A DNA stretch of 49,849 nt from Bacilli bacterium (GTDB taxonomy: Bacteria; Bacillota_I; Bacilli_A; RF39; UBA660), in the NCBI GenBank assembly GCA_016283075.1, contig JAEEMF010000001.1:1-49849 (forward strand). The letters are read 5' to 3'. Shown piece by piece: positions 46,922 to 49,849 of the stretch (within the stretch, counting starts at the first letter, position 1; each line of letters opens with the position of its first letter). The notes beneath the pieces are model-generated. The model made no database searches. It was given only the letters and a program-made list of their open reading frames with translations, and was not told the origin of the DNA. The position numbers were made by a program, and so were the translations under genes.

Positions 46922-46965
46922 ATTCTCACTCCAAACTTGTCTAATTATAACAAAAAAGAGAATGA

Positions 46966-47844
46966 TTAATCAATCTCTTTTAGTATACTTTCAGTATTTA
47001 TTTCTATTTCCAAAGAAGGAAGTCCTATTTCAGGATGAATTCCATCTGTTGCATGAAAGTCAGATCCTACTGTAACAAATTTATTACATTCTTTTGCAAC
47101 TTTAAGCCACTTATCTATATCATTATGCATATTATTATCTCTATCTACATATAGATAGTATGCTTCTACTCCGTCAGCATTCATATCACTAATAATACTT
47201 TTTATATCACCAGGAGTTAAACCATCTTCATAAGAGTATGCTACTGGATGAGCAAGTACTACTTTACCACCAGCTAATCTAATTAAATCAGCAGCTTCTT
47301 TAGGAGTAATACTTTCTTTTTTAGCATATGCTGGGCATCCTTCATTCATTATAGTTTCAATAAATAATCCCTTACTAGGAATAGTATTAAACTCTTTTAA
47401 TAGAAGTTTTTCATTATCTTTATTTCCTATTATATCAAGTGCTATATGAGCTTTAGTTACTGCTTCTATTTTATCTAGTTCTTCTGTATTAACTTTATAA
47501 CCAAGTTCTTCTAATTTACTTGCTACATTATATAAATAATCATGTCTAGCATTTCTTACTTTAGATAACTTTTCTATAAAATCAGTATTATTTATATCAA
47601 TATTATAACCTAGTACATGAATACCACATTTACTTATTTTAGTAGATATTTCTACTCCTTTAATTAAGTTAATACCTTTTTCTTTAGCATAATCTATTAA
47701 CTCTTTAGAATAAGCATCTACTGTATCATGATCTGCTATAGATATAGTAGTAACTCCATTTTCTAAAGCTTTATCAATAACTTCAAAAGGAGTTAAACTT
47801 CCATCTGAACAGTTTGTATGTATATGTAAATCTATTTTTTCCAT
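46966..47844 (-). CDS. PHP-domain phosphoesterase (TrpH/YciV-like)
   Basis: DLHIHTNCSDG, IADHDT, GVEIS, HVLGY, LAHP and GSDFH. Confidence 0.93.
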   Translation of the reverse strand: MEKIDLHIHTNCSDGSLTPFEVIDKALENGVTTISIADHDTVDAYSKELIDYAKEKGINLIKGVEISTKISKCGIHVLGYNIDINNTDFIEKLSKVRNARHDYLYNVASKLEELGYKVNTEELDKIEAVTKAHIALDIIGNKDNEKLLLKEFNTIPSKGLFIETIMNEGCPAYAKKESITPKEAADLIRLAGGKVVLAHPVAYSYEDGLTPGDIKSIISDMNADGVEAYYLYVDRDNNMHNDIDKWLKVAKECNKFVTVGSDFHATDGIHPEIGLPSLEIEINTESILKEID

Positions 47845-48785
47845 GACATCACCTTTTCTTTAAATACTTCTTCAAGTTCAGGAGTTTGATGTCTACGTCT
47901 AGTTGATTCTACTCCTGTTACTTTTAATATATCATATAATGTATCTACATCAAAAGTTCTTACTAAGAATCTTCTAGTATCTAGTAATCTTTCTTCTAAA
48001 TAACCATTAAAATTATATTCAGTAAAACTATTTAAAAAATCATGTACAAAGTTATATCCAGTATCATCTTTTTGCCACTTTTTTCTAAGAGATAAAGGAT
48101 GTATTGATACATAAGGAGTATATTCCCCTTTCATATATTTTAAAGTTTCTGAACGAACATTAATGATACATTTAGTAAGTTCACTTTCTTCTATTATATG
48201 AGTATCAATAGGAAGCATTATACTAGGCATCTTACCATTTTTTAAATCATCACTTATTCTTTTAAAATCATTAATAGTTTTAACAGGATCTTTATCTGAA
48301 GTACTAAATCCATTTTCGCTTAGTAAGTATTCAAAGATTAAAGAGCATTCATTTACTTTTCCATCTTCACAAACAAACCACATATCAAGGTCCCCTAGTC
48401 TATTAATAACTTTTCTAGGTTTTAATTCATTATCAATATTTGGACATGGTTTACACTTACACTTTAAGTCAGCCATCATGCTTCCATAATCTCTTAAACA
48501 TTCTTCACATTTCCATTCATCACTTTGAAGTAAAATGCTTTTATTTCTTAATTCATCATTATATCTTAGCTGCTCAGATATTATAGGTAATTCTCTATTA
48601 AAGTTTCTATCTATAACGTAGAAAGGATATCCAGTACCAAAGGTACCTTTAAAAAAGTTTATTTTTCCTGCTACTTCATTAAATTTAGAAATATTTATTT
48701 TTAAATATTCTTTCTTTAAAGAAGTATTACATCTTTCAAAATCATCTGATATATCTGCAACTAATGAACCTACATTTTTTAACAT
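47832..48785 (-). CDS. Hypothetical protein with Cys cluster and nucleotidyltransferase-like DxD
   Basis: CEEC...CKPC; RLGDLDMWFV; LPIDTH; overlaps the PHP start by 13 nt. Confidence 0.65.
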   Translation of the reverse strand: MLKNVGSLVADISDDFERCNTSLKKEYLKINISKFNEVAGKINFFKGTFGTGYPFYVIDRNFNRELPIISEQLRYNDELRNKSILLQSDEWKCEECLRDYGSMMADLKCKCKPCPNIDNELKPRKVINRLGDLDMWFVCEDGKVNECSLIFEYLLSENGFSTSDKDPVKTINDFKRISDDLKNGKMPSIMLPIDTHIIEESELTKCIINVRSETLKYMKGEYTPYVSIHPLSLRKKWQKDDTGYNFVHDFLNSFTEYNFNGYLEERLLDTRRFLVRTFDVDTLYDILKVTGVESTRRRHQTPELEEVFKEKVMSWKK

Positions 48786-48843
48786 ATTATCCCTCTTTTA
48801 GATTAATATATTACCATATTATATAAAAAAATAAAACAAATAT

Positions 48844-49335
48844 TTAATTTGTTTTATTTATTATCATATTAAAAGGTTCAATATTACTTTTTCTAAATGT
48901 TTCTTCTTCTATAAATTTTTCTATATCTTTAGTAGAAGCCCACATAACGCTTTCTACTTCAGATTCTTGAAGTATAACTTTATCTAAATCAACATCTTTT
49001 TTAGTATAGTATACTTCACAAAAAATACCTGGATATTTAACAGTAGAGATGTACTTAACTTCTTCCTTAGATAAGTCTAAGTCAAGTTCTTCTTTTGCTT
49101 CCTTTAAAACAGTAGTAATTCCATCATCACCATATGTAACATGCCCACCAGTAGTAGCAATAACAGATCCTTTTGCTTTAGAAGTCTTTTGCATTAAAAA
49201 CTTACCTTCACTATTTTCAATAAATAGTAAAACTATCATAAAGTTTTTACCACTTTCTAAATCATGTTTATTAGATCTAGCTATTTTTTCATATAACATA
49301 TTCTTATCGTCATCAAATACTTGTAAATATTCCAT
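48844..49335 (-). CDS. NUDIX hydrolase (IDI/YfcD-like)
   Basis: FLMQKTSKAK...TTGGHVTYGD...KEAKEEL and LQESEV. Confidence 0.88.
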   Translation of the reverse strand: MEYLQVFDDDKNMLYEKIARSNKHDLESGKNFMIVLLFIENSEGKFLMQKTSKAKGSVIATTGGHVTYGDDGITTVLKEAKEELDLDLSKEEVKYISTVKYPGIFCEVYYTKKDVDLDKVILQESEVESVMWASTKDIEKFIEEETFRKSNIEPFNMIINKTN

Positions 49336-49345
49336 ATATTCTCCT

Positions 49346-49849
49346 TTATTTTATATATTGTTTAGGCATTTCTTTAGCCATATTATAGTTTTTATAAGCT
49401 TTATCATCAGTTACATCTTTAATAACTTCAATAAATTCAGGAGCACTTACTACTTCATTTTCATCACTAAGTTCTATCTCCATAATAGCCTCTTTATCCC
49501 ACTCTGGATAAATATCTATTTCAAAGTAATGGTTATTATATGATAAACAATATCTTGTTTTAGTAATTGTTTTTCTTTCAGGATCAGCTTCATCAAGTAA
49601 ACTTAAGTATTCTTTTTCAGTTAAACGTTTTTCAACTTCAACTCTCTTAAGCTCATTAATCTTTTTCTTCTCAGTAAGATAAAGCATATAATCTCCATCA
49701 ATACTTCTTTTTCTAATTCTTCTTTCAGTATCATCACCAGATTTTAAATATGTCTGAGTAATTTCTACCTTAGTACAGTTAGGCATATCAAGAAGATTAT
49801 TTAAATTAGGTCTTTCTATCAAATATTTTCTTTCTATTTCGAGAGGTTC
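49346..49849 (-). CDS. C-terminal CYTH domain of a larger protein truncated by the window end
   Basis: The frame is open to 49849 and reads EPLEIERKYLIERP (CYTH ExExK), plus ITQTYL, RIRKR, KTRY, FEIDIY and MEIEL. Confidence 0.88.
   Translation of the reverse strand, partial: EPLEIERKYLIERPNLNNLLDMPNCTKVEITQTYLKSGDDTERRIRKRSIDGDYMLYLTEKKKINELKRVEVEKRLTEKEYLSLLDEADPERKTITKTRYCLSYNNHYFEIDIYPEWDKEAIMEIELSDENEVVSAPEFIEVIKDVTDDKAYKNYNMAKEMPKQYIK

Noticed and set aside
1373-49543. Short antisense or overlapping ORFs in the track (e.g. 1373, 8633, 9176, 10231, 11362, 13498, 18107, 18375, 22627, 23822, 25212, 27426, 28353, 30460, 30692, 33883, 35714, 38399, 41779, 42374, 49049)
   Set aside because: They lie opposite well-supported genes, show no recognisable motifs, and have the Ile/Phe/Ser-rich composition of shadow frames.

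Overview
An AT-rich (roughly one quarter GC by eye) chromosomal window from a walled, genetic-code-11 low-GC Firmicute. The compact layout and murC/ftsW/comE/rplU-prp-rpmA content resemble the uncultured reduced-genome Bacilli such as RF39 (inference). Almost all genes are on the minus strand. The housekeeping backbone is comEA-comEC, ftsW, def, murC, obgE, an M29 aminopeptidase, folD, an RsmB/RsmF methyltransferase, rplU-prp-rpmA with an L21 leader, radC, mutL, uvrC and yigZ. Accessory blocks are (i) a phosphorelay array of 3 membrane hybrid kinases and 2 Hpt-receiver proteins with no output domain, one kinase split by a slippage-type frameshift; (ii) an AbiEi/AbiEii type IV toxin-antitoxin pair; and (iii) a dense set of nucleotide-processing enzymes (6 NUDIX, 2 Ham1, 3 CYTH, HAD, PHP). 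The best candidate for an undescribed system is the operon at 30373-32766: YhhQ/QPTR queuosine-precursor transporter, Gpt-like phosphoribosyltransferase, guanylate-kinase-like protein and Ham1-like pyrophosphatase. All three enzymes keep their phosphate/catalytic motifs but have altered base-recognition residues. The operon follows a structured leader and precedes a LysR-methyltransferase-CYTH/HAD-HAD-NUDIX-NUDIX operon. This suggests a dedicated uptake, salvage or detoxification route for a non-canonical (possibly 7-deaza or N7-modified) purine. A shared SigH-like promoter motif precedes comEA and radC. I saw no rRNA, tRNA, CRISPR array, transposase or integrase.
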